From Dictyostelium discoideum (taxonomy: Eukaryota): a DNA stretch of 64,000 nucleotides. A model generated the notes under the pieces. The model saw only the letters and a program-made list of their open reading frames with translations, made no database searches and was not told the origin of the DNA. Of this stretch, positions 50,092 through 62,768 are shown piece by piece (position 1 is the stretch's first letter; each line of letters begins with the position of its first letter). The DNA is taken from the NCBI GenBank assembly GCA_000004695.1, contig CM000150.2, positions 896,001 through 960,000 of the forward strand, in the 5' to 3' direction. The position numbers and the translations under genes were made by a program.

Positions 50092-50173
50092 GACATCGTA
50101 GCGAAGTGGTCTAACGCGTTTGACTTGAAATCAAATCTCCTAGGAGGCGCAGGTTCGAACCCTGCCGATGTCG
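50092..50173 (+). tRNA. tRNA-Ser(UGA): tRNA-Ser, anticodon UGA, 82 nt, no intron.
   Basis: Acceptor GACATCG/CGATGTC with G73. A 3-bp D stem. Anticodon stem TTTGA/TCAAA with loop CTTGAAA (UGA at positions 34-36). Long variable arm TCTCCTAGGAGGCGC. T arm GCAGG-TTCGAAC-CCTGC. Confidence 0.85.
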
Positions 50174-50260
50174 ATATTTTATTTGCACTGCTAAATTCCC
50201 GAACTTCGGATGTTTGAAACTTGGGTCCCAACCAAAATAGTTTTATCCATATAAAGAGCA

Positions 50261-51607
50261 CAGTACTGCTCAGCAACATCATCATCGTTAAACAAAGAGA
50301 AAACAGTAATGATAGCAATAGGAGATTACCATTCCAAGAGAGTACAGTCCCAGAAAGATATCTTGGCCTCAATTTCACCAAAACAGGTTTAAATTCAAAA
50401 TACAACACTTTAATCCAAGAAATGAAAAACAATCTAATCAAATGGAAATCACAAGCAATAACGATGAAGGCAAAGATGACAATTCTCAAAACATACGTTC
50501 TATCCAAATTAACATACCATCAATACATGGATAATCTAAATGAAGAACAAATTGAGGAAATCAATAACATGACCAGATGGTTCTTATTCTCCTCAGTTAA
50601 GAATACATATACAGAAGAGAGAAAATACAAAACTATGATGAAAATAGACAGAGCATATGCAGATTGGAAAGAAGGAGGCATAAAATTATGGGATTTAGAA
50701 CTAAGACATATAGCATTCAAAATCTGGTACATGAACAGGCTATTCCATAACAACTACAACAACAACAACAATACCTTACAAGAATGGTACATGGAGCAAT
50801 TAAGTAGAAAAAAGCCCACACTTCAACCCTCAACGATATGTGCAGACACTGGGGTGTATTCAGAGTCAAATTTTACAAAAACCATCCAAAGATAAATGAA
50901 CTTCCAGACTGTATAAGAAACGACAATGACGAACCACTAAAACTGAAAGAAATTTACGAACTCATGATCAAAGACAGACACCCAACACCAAGAAGAACAG
51001 AATGGCAGAAGTTATGGGCGGTGAGATACAACACAGCAATACCCAAAGTATTCATAAACATCAACAGCATTTCTCACCAAAAAGGTAGAAACACCCTCTT
51101 CAGATTCTTCTCAAGATCACTTCCAGGTATCAACCACGAAAGAGACACCAGATGCAAGATCTGTGGCCACCTATTAAGAGACCCTTATTCTCACCTCTTC
51201 ACTCTATGCCAAGATATCCTAGATATTGAAAAAACCATCATATCAACAGTTAACAAAATATCATTCATCAAAATCCACAGATGGTCAATGGATACCTTAG
51301 ACATATCAAAATACAACAGAACTGAGAGAATCTTCCCCAATCTCATAGGAATAATAGCACACCAATTATGGAAGATAATCTGTCACAAATTGTTCAACAC
51401 TGATGAAAGCAAACCAGAGCCAAAATTCGAACAAAAGGTCATAGAAACAGAATTACTAAATCTCATCGAAACTGAAAAATTCATCACACTAAAGAAAATC
51501 AAACACGACGAAGCAATACTAAAAAACACCAATCAAGATCTTCACAAATACAAATTCAACAAAGCCTGGCAAACCCCAGCAGCTCCGAACCCTCTTCCAA
51601 TTTAAGT

Positions 51608-51687
<80 letters not shown>

Positions 51688-51800
51688 GTTTAAAAAATTT
51701 AATACAATTGAATAATAAAAATAAAACCGTTTGACAAACACCGCCGAAAAGACACAAGGACATTCCTTGAAGGTCTGATCACAGGTAAAAAAAAAAAAAA
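50261..51800 (+). mobile_element. 5'-truncated non-LTR (LINE-like) retrotransposon remnant of the tRNA-gene-targeted class (TRE3-like, inserted 3' of the tRNA). RT thumb and C-terminal Cys-His domain, internal (A)67, terminal (A)15. Flanked by a 16-bp target-site duplication.
   Basis: Plus-strand ORFs 50221..50895 and 50838..51605 carry RT-like FQESTVPERYLGLNF..., then a C-terminal ...RCKICGHLL...C domain. Poly(A) at 51612..51678 and 51787..51800. ATCCATATAAAGAGCA occurs at 50245..50260 and again at 51801..51816. The insertion point is about 70 bp downstream of tRNA-Ser. Confidence 0.7.
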
Positions 51801-52333
51801 ATCCATATAAAGAGCATCAAACCGATATATTAAAAAAAAACAATTTAAAACTACAAACTTAGGGAAAATGCAAATAAAAAAAAAAAAAGAAATAATTAGG
51901 AGAATACAATAAAAATAAATAAAAAAAAAAAAAACCTTTGAAACAAAAAATAATCACAAAAATGAATCAAATTTTTCTTTTTTTTTTTTTATAAATTTTT
52001 TTTTTATATATTTTTTTTATTTCTATTTTTAAATATCACCATCATTTTTTTTTTTATTTTTATTTTTTGGAAATAGATTTTATATTATTTCTAAATAAAT
52101 TTAATGGAAAAATAAAATTTTTTTGATTTTTTGATTTTTTTTTTTTTGTTGTTGAACATTTGGGTTATCAAATGATGGAGTTATTGAATGTTGTGTGTGT
52201 TTGATACATTATTTTTTCTTTTTTTATTTTTTTTTTTTATTTTTTTTATTTTTTTTTTTTTGGTGCAATAAAAATTGATATTACACTTTAATATTATTAT
52301 TATTATTATTATTATTTATATGAGATATTTTTA

Positions 52334-52612
52334 TTAATCTTTTTTGGTAATGATTGATTTGGCATCGATATCGTAACCTGGGTTGTAACCAGCAATTGAG
52401 TTTTTACCAATAACTTCACCAACAAAGAAAAGACTTGTCATAAAGAGTGCAGTGGTTCCAATTCTTTTGGCATCAGCGACGGTGATGTCTTTTGGTGATT
52501 TGGCTTTGTTTAAGAAAAGGTTGAAATCTTGCTTAATGATTTGTGATGTATATCTTCCTTTTAAGTAGTTTAAGATTTCGCAACCAATACCAGTCCAATT
52601 TGGGTGTGTCAT
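52334..52612 (-). CDS. Mitochondrial ATP synthase subunit g-like small protein. An N-terminal exon may be missing.
   Basis: ALFMTSLFFVGEVIGKNSIAGYNPG resembles the conserved C-terminal FYVGEIIGKRGIIGY of ATP synthase g (ATP5L). Short ORF of 92 aa. Confidence 0.45.
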   Translation of the reverse strand: MTHPNWTGIGCEILNYLKGRYTSQIIKQDFNLFLNKAKSPKDITVADAKRIGTTALFMTSLFFVGEVIGKNSIAGYNPGYDIDAKSIITKKD

Positions 52613-52656
52613 TTTCTTTGATTATCTAATAATTTTTAATATGAGCGTATGTAATG

Positions 52657-52692
<36 letters not shown>

Positions 52693-53000
52693 AAATAAAA
52701 AAAAAAAAAGTGAGTTCGAAAAAAAAAAAAAAAAAAAAATTTAAAAAAAAAAAAAAAAAATAAATAAAAAAAAAAATAAATAAAATAAAAAAATTAAAAT
52801 TTCACACCACCAGCCGGGCGTTTATTTTTTTTTTTATGTATAAATAAAATTTTTTTTTTTTAATTTATTTCATTTTCTATTTTTTAATTACACACAGTGA
52901 CCGCCTCATGTAAACATATAAAAAAAAAAAAAAATAAAAATAAAAAAATACATACCATTTTTTTTTTTAATATAAAAAAACAAAAATCATAAAAATAGCG

Positions 53001-53753
53001 ATGGAAAAAGAAAGTGAAGAAGTTTTAAAAGATATTAATTCAAATGAAAAAGAAAAAAAAAATGACAACAACAATAATAAAGAAAATGAAGAAATAAATA
53101 ATGATATAATATTAATGATACCTGAAATTAATGAAATTGATGAAAAAGAATATGAAAAAGAATTTTCAAAACCAACAATACCCTCACAATCAGTTGAGGA
53201 ACAACAAAAACAACATTTAGAATCTGAAGAAGAAATTCGTAAAAGTAATGATAAAATAACAGTTATGAAATTAGTATGTTTTTAAAAATAATAATAATAT
53301 AATAATAATTATTGTTTTGTTTTTGAAAAATTGAAAATGATTTTATATTAATTATTTAATATAAATAATTTTTATATATAGGAAACAGAAAATGAAAAAA
53401 AAAAACAACAAGAACAACAAGAACAACAAGATAATAAAGAAGGATATGGTAATGACGATGTTACAGAGATGGTATTATCATCAGTTTTATATGTTTCACA
53501 AAAAGCAATAGCGGGTGCACAATTTGTTGGTAATATTTTTGCAGATATTTTTGGATTTGGTGAAGGAAAGTATCAATATCACATTGATGAATATAATATG
53601 ATACAAGAGGAAAAGAAAAGAAAATTAGCTGAAAAAGCATTAAAAGAATCAAATATGGAATCTCAAACAGAACCAAATATAAATAATGTTTCAATTTCAA
53701 CTGAATCACCAAAAACAACATCACAACAACAACAACAACAACAAGAATTATAA
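53001..53753 (+). CDS. Hypothetical acidic protein. Putative two exons, approximately 53001..53273 and 53382..53753.
   Basis: Two same-strand ORFs are joined by TTA|GTATGT...tatatag|GAA in phase 0. The reading frame stays open across the junction. No recognisable domain. Confidence 0.35.
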
Positions 53754-54029
53754 ATTAAATTATAAATTAAATTATAAATCAAAAAGTGTTTAAAAAAAAT
53801 ATATATATATAAACTATTTAAAATTATAAATGATTTCCTTTTGTAAATAAATTTTTATTAATAAATAAATAAATAAATAAATAAACTAATAATGTACAAA
53901 ACAATTTTTTTAAAAAAAAAAAAAAAATTTTTTTTTATACATATGAATATTTTATTTGTTTTTTTAATTTTTTTTTTATTTGTTTTTTTTTTTATTTGTT
54001 TTTTTATTTTATTTTATTTTATTTTATTT

Positions 54030-56882
54030 TTAATGGAAAAAATATCTACTTTCTTTTACTTTATTAATATCTAATTCACCTTTTTTTGGTAATTTAGGGA
54101 ATTTAATATCTGGATATCTAACTTGGAACCATTCAAGTAAACGTTCTAAAATTGGTTGTTTATGAAGTTCAACAAATTCATTTCTTAAGATATCATTCAT
54201 TCTATCGACAGTTGAAGCATGAGTCCAATAGGAATCATGTACTGAGGAGTAGGTGATACCTTGATCATAACAAGTCATAGCAGTTAAAAACATATGAGTT
54301 GAATCTAAAGAGTGAATGAAATTTGGAGGGAAAGCAGAACGTTGACGATTTGAATCCACTTGAAGTAAATCATCATTATGAACTACGATGAAATCACATT
54401 CCAATGTTCTAATATTATATTTACCACCTTTTTTATATGGTTGTACAACTGGTAGACCCAATGGGGTGTTCCAAGTTACACAATGACCCGATTTTGCAAT
54501 GAGTGTGGCGCAATCGGACATCCACTTCATGATGGATCTTGCACCAACAAACATATTATTCAAAGAGGCAAAGGTGTTTTTTGTAATGTATGTAGAGGAT
54601 TTAAATATGAAATCTTCGTCTAAATCGAGATCACTAAATTTCTCAAGGATTGCATTTTCAATTTGTTCACGAGCACCAATATAGGTTACACCATATACAC
54701 TTGTCATAACGGTTTGTTTCACCAATTTTCTATCGACTTTACCTAAAAAGAATTGAGCAATCTCATCGCCATTCTTGGCGTCCTCCTCTACGATTTGCTC
54801 CACCAATTGTGCTACACTACTATAGACATCCTGTGGACAATCGGATGGGAGTAAATTAACCTTTTCAGCACCCCAAACATCACCACCCAAAGCAGCATAA
54901 TGTTGAAGACCATTGCAAGTACCATCTTGATGAATAGGTAAATTGGAGAGGAACTCGGCAGGTTTGCCACTACGAATGGCTTTGGTGAGCTCCATACAAG
55001 CTGCAAGAGTTTGCCATGGATTATCGGCCTTCAACCACCATTTATTACCATTCAATGGTGAATCAACACTATCGAAAATATTTTCCATGTTTCTCTCGGT
55101 GAATGCTAATCTTTCATTCAATGGAATCTTATCGACACCATAGAGATTTGCTACATGTATCTTTAACCATTCCAAACCTTTCTCGCCCAATGGCAATGAT
55201 TTTTCAAATTTCAATAGACTTCTACAAAAATCTGAACCTAAATGATTTAAATGTGGTGGAATTGGGTATGATCTACCACGGAAATCGATATTGTGTGGAA
55301 AGTAAAGTGTATGATCTAAAAACTTTCTGGCTACTTCCAATTTGTAATTTGTATCACAACGTAGTGAATGAAGATTGAAATTTAGCGATTTGATTCTTTG
55401 TTCTTTTTTGTAGAGTTCTTTACGAGCTTCATGATCAAACAACATATCATCTGATATCTCTGGATATTCGAAATCGGTTCTCTTGGGAATATCACCAATG
55501 TTACCACCATTGGCCCATGCTTCCAAGATTACATTGTAGAGATCTCTATTGATCACCCATGGTGTTTCACCGAGAATATTCAATGCTCTATAGATTAATG
55601 ACATATCAGAGTCTACGAGTGTTCTCAATTGCATTGCTGAGCCATTGGTTCTCATGATGGGTACTTTATAATGGAGGTATGGACCTTCGGTTGGTGTGAT
55701 CCATGGCAATGGTTTAATCACCATTGGGAATAGACGTGCACCACCTGTCTCTCTAATTTCATGACCTGCTTCAATCAATTTGAATATATTTTTGTGTGGT
55801 ATAACTTTTGTGGTTCTAACACCATTGGCATAATGAGATTGAATGGTGAAGGCTGGCGATTGTTTTGAGCCATCCTCACCCAACGACTCTTGAATCGTAC
55901 AATGTTTAAATACTTGACTCACAAGGAACTCACCAATGCTAAAGATGTCCTTTGATTCTGGTGGTAGAACGATCACATCGAGATTGTCTGTGGAAAGATT
56001 GTAAAACTTTTTAAGAGCAGAATTTGGTATGAGTTTTGAGATTTTCTTGTAGGTTTTTGGTTCTTTTTTCTTTACAATTAGCGATTTATACTCTGCATAC
56101 ACCGATACACCAATGGTCTCTATAATGATATTGGTCGCAAAGTCGTATCTATCTTTTAATACACTTTTGCCTACAATGATATTCAATGATTTTAGTATGC
56201 ATTTCTGAACAGACACTGTCTTCAATATAGTGACCCATGCTGCATCTTGATCCTTGGTTGCAAGATCCTTTTGTACCTTTTCTGTCAACCCTTCATTCCA
56301 TTGCATCAAAACATCACGAATCGATTTAAAACTGGTCACAAATGATTTACCCTTGCTATCAAGCATTAAATCACGATAACGAGTGACTGCGTCGTCAATG
56401 GCTTCAAATTCCAAGAGGGTTTGTATCTTTCTTAAATTCTTTTCATCATCACTAATCTCCTTAACATCACTCTTCCAATCGGTGTCATTTTCAATTCCAT
56501 CTTCACCATCTAATAAATAACTTTGTGCAACAACTCTTGCTTTATTCAATTTTGCTAAATCCTCTACAAATGATTTCTCCAAGTCGATTAATTTCTGTTT
56601 GGTTTCATTCAATCTCTGTTCACTATCTAAATATTCTAATGGTGATGATAAATCTTCTTTATCTGGAAATAATTCTTTTAATTTATCTAATCTATTTGAA
56701 TTCTCTTGTCCATCTTCTATAATTTTTCTTAAATTTGAATATTCATTTATTTTTATATTATTTATATTACTATTTATATTATTATTATTATTATTATTAT
56801 TACTACTACTATATTTATAATTATTAAAACTTTGTAATTTAACTTTTGAAATTGATCTTAAATTTTGACCTAACCTAATCAT
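54030..56882 (-). CDS. rpmA: Mitochondrial DNA-directed RNA polymerase (single-subunit T7/T3 phage type), 950 aa.
   Basis: T7-type RNAP catalytic motifs: IHQDGTCNGLQHYAALGGD (motif A), RKLVKQTVMTSVYGVTYIGAREQI (motif B), FIHSLDSTHM / SVHDSYWTHA (motif C). Basic N-terminal presequence MIRLGQNLRSISKVKLQSF. Confidence 0.85.
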   Translation of the reverse strand: MIRLGQNLRSISKVKLQSFNNYKYSSSNNNNNNNNINSNINNIKINEYSNLRKIIEDGQENSNRLDKLKELFPDKEDLSSPLEYLDSEQRLNETKQKLIDLEKSFVEDLAKLNKARVVAQSYLLDGEDGIENDTDWKSDVKEISDDEKNLRKIQTLLEFEAIDDAVTRYRDLMLDSKGKSFVTSFKSIRDVLMQWNEGLTEKVQKDLATKDQDAAWVTILKTVSVQKCILKSLNIIVGKSVLKDRYDFATNIIIETIGVSVYAEYKSLIVKKKEPKTYKKISKLIPNSALKKFYNLSTDNLDVIVLPPESKDIFSIGEFLVSQVFKHCTIQESLGEDGSKQSPAFTIQSHYANGVRTTKVIPHKNIFKLIEAGHEIRETGGARLFPMVIKPLPWITPTEGPYLHYKVPIMRTNGSAMQLRTLVDSDMSLIYRALNILGETPWVINRDLYNVILEAWANGGNIGDIPKRTDFEYPEISDDMLFDHEARKELYKKEQRIKSLNFNLHSLRCDTNYKLEVARKFLDHTLYFPHNIDFRGRSYPIPPHLNHLGSDFCRSLLKFEKSLPLGEKGLEWLKIHVANLYGVDKIPLNERLAFTERNMENIFDSVDSPLNGNKWWLKADNPWQTLAACMELTKAIRSGKPAEFLSNLPIHQDGTCNGLQHYAALGGDVWGAEKVNLLPSDCPQDVYSSVAQLVEQIVEEDAKNGDEIAQFFLGKVDRKLVKQTVMTSVYGVTYIGAREQIENAILEKFSDLDLDEDFIFKSSTYITKNTFASLNNMFVGARSIMKWMSDCATLIAKSGHCVTWNTPLGLPVVQPYKKGGKYNIRTLECDFIVVHNDDLLQVDSNRQRSAFPPNFIHSLDSTHMFLTAMTCYDQGITYSSVHDSYWTHASTVDRMNDILRNEFVELHKQPILERLLEWFQVRYPDIKFPKLPKKGELDINKVKESRYFFH

Positions 56883-57022
56883 TTTATTTTAATTTTTATA
56901 TTTTTTTATATTTTTAATATTTTTATATTTTTAAAATTATTATTTTATTTTATTTTTATATATAATATAAGTATAAATATAAATATAAATATATATTAAT
57001 TTTGACAAATTAAGTATTTATT

Positions 57023-57053
<31 letters not shown>

Positions 57054-57243
57054 AAGTTATATTATTTTTCGATAATTATTTATTTAAAATTCCATTCGAA
57101 AAAAACAAGAAATAGAAATAGAATAAAAAAAAAAAAAAAAAGATTATGTTTTAAAACAAAAAAGCAATTTTATTTTTTAAAAAACGACCAATTCGTTTTC
57201 ATTCGTTTTTTTAAAAAAAAAAAAAAAAAAAAAAATAAAAATC

Positions 57244-57274
<31 letters not shown>

Positions 57275-57314
57275 ATAAAGCGGTTTTGGACATGTTATGA
57301 AATTAAAGGTTGAA

Positions 57315-57498
<184 letters not shown>

Positions 57499-58328
57499 AA
57501 AAAAATAGTAATAATAAAAATAGTAATATAACAAAAATAGTAATAATAAAAATAGTAATAATAATAATGATTATTTTATTAAAAACAGAGATATTTCTAA
57601 ATATATCAAAATAAAATAAAATTGTTTTTTTTTAAATTAACAATGAAATTTTGAAATTTTAAAAATCTCGTATTTGGATTATTTATAAATTTGAAAAAAA
57701 AAAAAAAAATAAATAACCATAATTGTTTCAAGTTATTAATTTAATTAAATCATTGAAATTATTTCTTATTAATATTTTTAATTTTTATTTTTAGAATTAA
57801 AATTAATAAAAAAAAAAAAAAAAAAAATAAAAAAAAAAAAAAAAAAAAGATGATGGTGTGTGTTATTTTTAGAAAATACTTGCCTTTTTTTATTTTTATT
57901 TTTTCAAATCCATTATTATTATTATTATTATTATTATTTTTTTTTTTTTTTTAAATTTATAATAATATTTTTATTTTTAAAATTTCAATTTAAAAAAAAT
58001 TTTTTATTTTTTTATTTTTTTTTTTAATTCAATTATTTATTTTTAACCCATCTCTCCTGTTATTTTTTTCCTATCACTTTTTATTTTTGTTAGTTAAAAA
58101 AAAAAAAAAAAAAAAAAAAAATAAAAATATATATGCTAGACAAATCTCAATTCACCTAATATCACAAAAAAAAAAAAAAAAAAAAAATAATAATAATAAA
58201 AAAAAAAAAAAGTTTTGAGTGGTGTTAGTGTGGTGTATTTTGAGAAGGTTGGTGTTTGAAAAAAAAAAAAAAAAAAAAAAAATATTAATACAAATAATTA
58301 TTTCTATTAATATTTTAATTTTAATTTT

Positions 58329-58374
<46 letters not shown>

Positions 58375-58389
58375 TAAAAAATAATATAT

Positions 58390-58556
58390 ATGGATACAAT
58401 TGGCCTTGATGAAACAACCACTATAGAAATAAATAATAATAGTAATAATAAACATAGTTCATATAGTAGTAGTAGTAGTAATAATAATAGCAATAATTTA
58501 ATTATTTCTAAAATACCAAATAAAATAATTGATTCAAATAATAATAAAAATAACAA

Positions 58557-58587
<31 letters not shown>

Positions 58588-60622
58588 AAAAATAATTATT
58601 ATAATATAAATAAAAGTTCCAAAATGGATATGGATTATTTATTAGATTGTGTTCAAAAAACCCATGGATTAATAAAAGATTTAACAGATTCAATGTTAAT
58701 ATCCAATGACCAAGAAGAAAGAAAACAATTCCAAAAACAATTAAATGAAAGTAATAATTATTTAAATGAATTATTATCAAAATTATCATATATAAAAAAT
58801 AATAATAATATTAATAATAATAATAATAATGGTAATATAAATTCAAATAATGGTACAAGTTTTGGTGAAATTAAATCAATTCCATTAATGAGCAATGAAA
58901 CTGGTTTCACAAATAATAAAATTACAAATAATTTTAATTATTCAGAAAATAAAAATAATAATAATAATAATAATAATGGCCAAGAACAACATGAATTATT
59001 TTCAACTTCAAATAAAATTGAAAATAATAATAATAATAATAATAATAAAATTAATAATGAAAATAATAATGAAAAAAATAAAAATAATAATAATGGCCAA
59101 CATATAATTCCAAAAATTTATATTTCAGATCACGAAATGGCACCAAATAGTGAATTTCAAAATATTGATTCAATTTCTCCATCATCTCAATTAATTTGTG
59201 GTGAATCAAGATTAACACCAGTTTCTGAAAGAAATGAGTTAACATCTCCTGCATCCTCGCTACCCTCATTACCATCTCTACCTTCAAGTATGCCAAAAGA
59301 AAATAAAGAAAATAAAGAACCCATTAATCAACAAGAAGAGGAGGAAGAAGAAGAAGAAGAGGATGAGCAAAAAAAAGAAGAAGAGAATAACCTTGTAAAA
59401 ATGACAACTGTCCAAGTTGAAAATACTCAAGAGAAAATACCCCTAGCCAAATCAGCAACAATATCAACAACAAATAAAACCATAGAAATAGAAGAGCAAG
59501 AAAAGGGAATGGATAGTGAAAAATTAAAAAAGACAATTAAATCATCATCATCATCATCATCAAATTTATTCAATGATTTTCCTAAACCTTTTATACCATT
59601 TGTTCAATCAAATTATAATACAGAAGAAAGGAATGAAGTTTTACAAATTGTAAAATTAATTCACTATGAATATGGTGTTCAAATTAAAGATAAAACTGGT
59701 CAATTAGATAATTATATGTATAATATTAATTTTAATCCACCACCTCAATACATGTGTAATAGCAATGATATCAATAGTAATAATATCAATAGTAATATCA
59801 ACAACAATAATAACAATATGAGTAATAATTTAAAAAAGAAATTATTAATTATATCAAATGAAAAACGTAATAAAATGGGACCACAAATTCAAAGATCTCC
59901 TGAAGAAACTTATTTATCAAATCATTTCGATGAAGAAGAATTATCAAATTATTTCTCTCACAGTTTTATGTCTCCAAAAATTGTAAAATCACCATCTTCT
60001 TCAAATTTAAATAAAATTAATCAAAATAATCAAAATAATAATAATAACAATATTATTAATAATAATAATAATAATAATAATCAAAACAATACAACCACCA
60101 ATAATAAAAATAAAAGTAATAATGAAAAGAATAATGATAATAATACTGTATTTAATAATAATACAACCACCACCAACAACAATAATAATAATAATAATAA
60201 TAATTCAAGTGAAAAAAATAAAGTTATTGTATTTGAAAAGAAAGAACCTGGTCAATTTATATTTAAAAAGGAAAAAGTAGCAAAATTATCAACATCTTTA
60301 TCTTACTCAAATTTATCATCATCATCATCAAATGGAGGAACAGCAGAAGATGAAGAATATGATAGATATTATGATTCATTTCATTGTGTTGAATTGGTTG
60401 ATGAAGATTTATTAGTTTATGATAATGAAGATATTTATTTTAATGATGAAGTTGATCAAAATAAATCTCCACTCATTTCACCATCACTTTCAAAATCAAA
60501 TACAACAACAACCACAACCACCACCACCACCACCACTACAGCTACATATGCAAATGTCAATGCTAATGCAATTGCAACAATTGGTAGTAGTAGAAAAATT
60601 AATAATACATTATCACCAAATA

Positions 60623-60718
<96 letters not shown>

Positions 60719-61099
60719 GTAATAATACATCACCAACATTAACTACACAAGAGAATAATGGTATTTCAAATGGTAGTGGTAATGGAGGTAGAAAAATTCA
60801 TTATAGATCATTATCACATGGTATCATTAAAACACCATTTACAAATAATAAATTAAAAACACTTCAAATTTTCGTACCAACTGAACCTTACACTTGTAGA
60901 TTAGAAATTACAATTGAAGAAAATGTCACCGTGGAAAGATTACTCATTGAAGTCATTGATCTATGTATTAAAGAGAGAAGAAAAATTCAATATCATAAAA
61001 GACAAAAATTACAAATTCAACAATTACAATTATTACAACAACCAATAATAACAACAACAACAACGGTCGCAGTACAATCTAATAATAATAATAATAGTA

Positions 61100-61141
<42 letters not shown>

Positions 61142-61531
61142 TGACATCACCAATTAATCAATCACAATCATTAACATCTTCTACAACAAGTTCAAATATA
61201 TCTTCATCGTCATCATCAAATGCATTTTCACCACCAACAGTTTCAGTATCAAATCAATTGATATCAAATAATAAGAATGGAAATGATTTTGAATCATTAA
61301 CATTCCCATTTTTAATTTATACAAATCATAGAGATTTCATTCTAAAGAAATCTGATGAAAATGGTGAAATCGATCAAACTCTTCAACCAATCATTAGAAC
61401 TACTGAAATTAAAAAATTAAAAACTGATTGTTTTTCTTTAGTTATTAATCCAAAAGCAATTAGAGATACAACACATCATCCTCAAATTTTTAGAGTTCAT
61501 ATTATACATTCAAGTAATAATATTAATAGTA

Positions 61532-61596
<65 letters not shown>

Positions 61597-62768
61597 TATA
61601 ATAATAATAATAATAATAATTGTAATAATGGAATTGTAAAATCAATTAGTTTTAGTAATATTGGTGAAGTTGATCAATCATCATCATCAATAGCGCCATC
61701 ATCATCAACAACAGCAGCGACAGCAGCAACATCTTCAACAACAAAGGATTCAGTTGCAGTTGTTTATAAATCTTCATCAACATTGGCATCAATAAAAGCA
61801 TCAATTTGTAAAAAAGAGAATTTGGAATTAAATCTTTGTGTTTTTATGACAATGTCAAATGAAGTTATTCAAAATGAAAAAATCACTTTAGTTGAATTAA
61901 ATTTACCAAGTGTTAAATTAGTTTATGATCAAATAAGTGAGTATTTATATATAAATATATATATATATAATTATTTATTTTAATTTATTAATTTATTAAT
62001 TTTTTGTTATTTTTAGAACCAATACAAAAATCAATAACACCATTTCAATCAGAAGGTGTTGTTGGTAATGCACCAAGACCAATTACAAAATTATTAGGCC
62101 CAATATTCTTTTTCACCCCTGATAATATTTGTGAGATTAAACAATATGTCGTTTCAAAGATTGGTAAATTAGGTGTTAAAAAAGATAGATATATGGAAAT
62201 TAGTAAAGATAAAATTATGTATTCTCAATTTGATTATTTACCATCATCTTCAGTTTCTCAAAATGGTTTCCATAATAATAATAATAATAATAATAAAGAA
62301 TATTATGGTGGTGGTGTTGGTGGTGGTGGCGGATTTACAAATTATAATAATTTTAGTAATGCTAATTTAAATAATAATAATAATAATAGTAATTTTGGTA
62401 ATGGTAATGGTAATGGTGGTATAAATGGTAATAATGGTAACAATAGTGGTAGTAATAATAAAGAAAATGGTGGTACAGGTGCAGGTATTGGTGGTGGAGG
62501 TGGACTTCAACTACCAAATAATAACAACAATAATAATACCACTCCATTAAAAAATAATAAATTCTTTAGATCCTTTAGTTCTGCTGTAATAAAAACACCT
62601 TATCAATTAATTAATGATATTTCTGGTGTTGGTATAATCATTAATAAACCAAATTCATTCTATTTAAAATGTAATAACAAGAATTCTGAATACTCATCCA
62701 CCGATGCTGATGAAATAGTTGCTAAAATTCAATTTATTATTAGATTAAAAAAAGAAAATTTAATTTAA
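58390..62768 (+). CDS. Large low-complexity protein of about 1432 aa with a ubiquitin/RA-like segment and a C-terminal PH-like domain. Two exons, approximately 58390..61936 and 62017..62768.
   Basis: Phase-1 intron A|GTGAGT...ttttag|AA joins ...LVYDQI-K-PIQKSITPFQSEGVVGNAPRPITKLLGPIFFFTPDNICEIKQYVVSKIGKLGVKKDRYMEISKDKIMYSQ...NSFYLKCNNKNSEYSSTDADEIVAKIQFIIRLKK. That pattern fits PH-domain strands plus a C-terminal helix with a Gly/Asn-rich insert. The upstream RSLSHGIIKTPF...LQIFVPTEPYTCRLEITIEENVTVERLLIEVIDLCIKE is RA/UBL-like. Confidence 0.5.

Noticed and set aside
49989-50507. Minus-strand ORF of 172 aa spanning the tRNA-Ser gene and the retroelement 5' end.
   Set aside because: It overlaps an unambiguous tRNA and is antisense to RT-homologous sequence. 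There is no coding signal.
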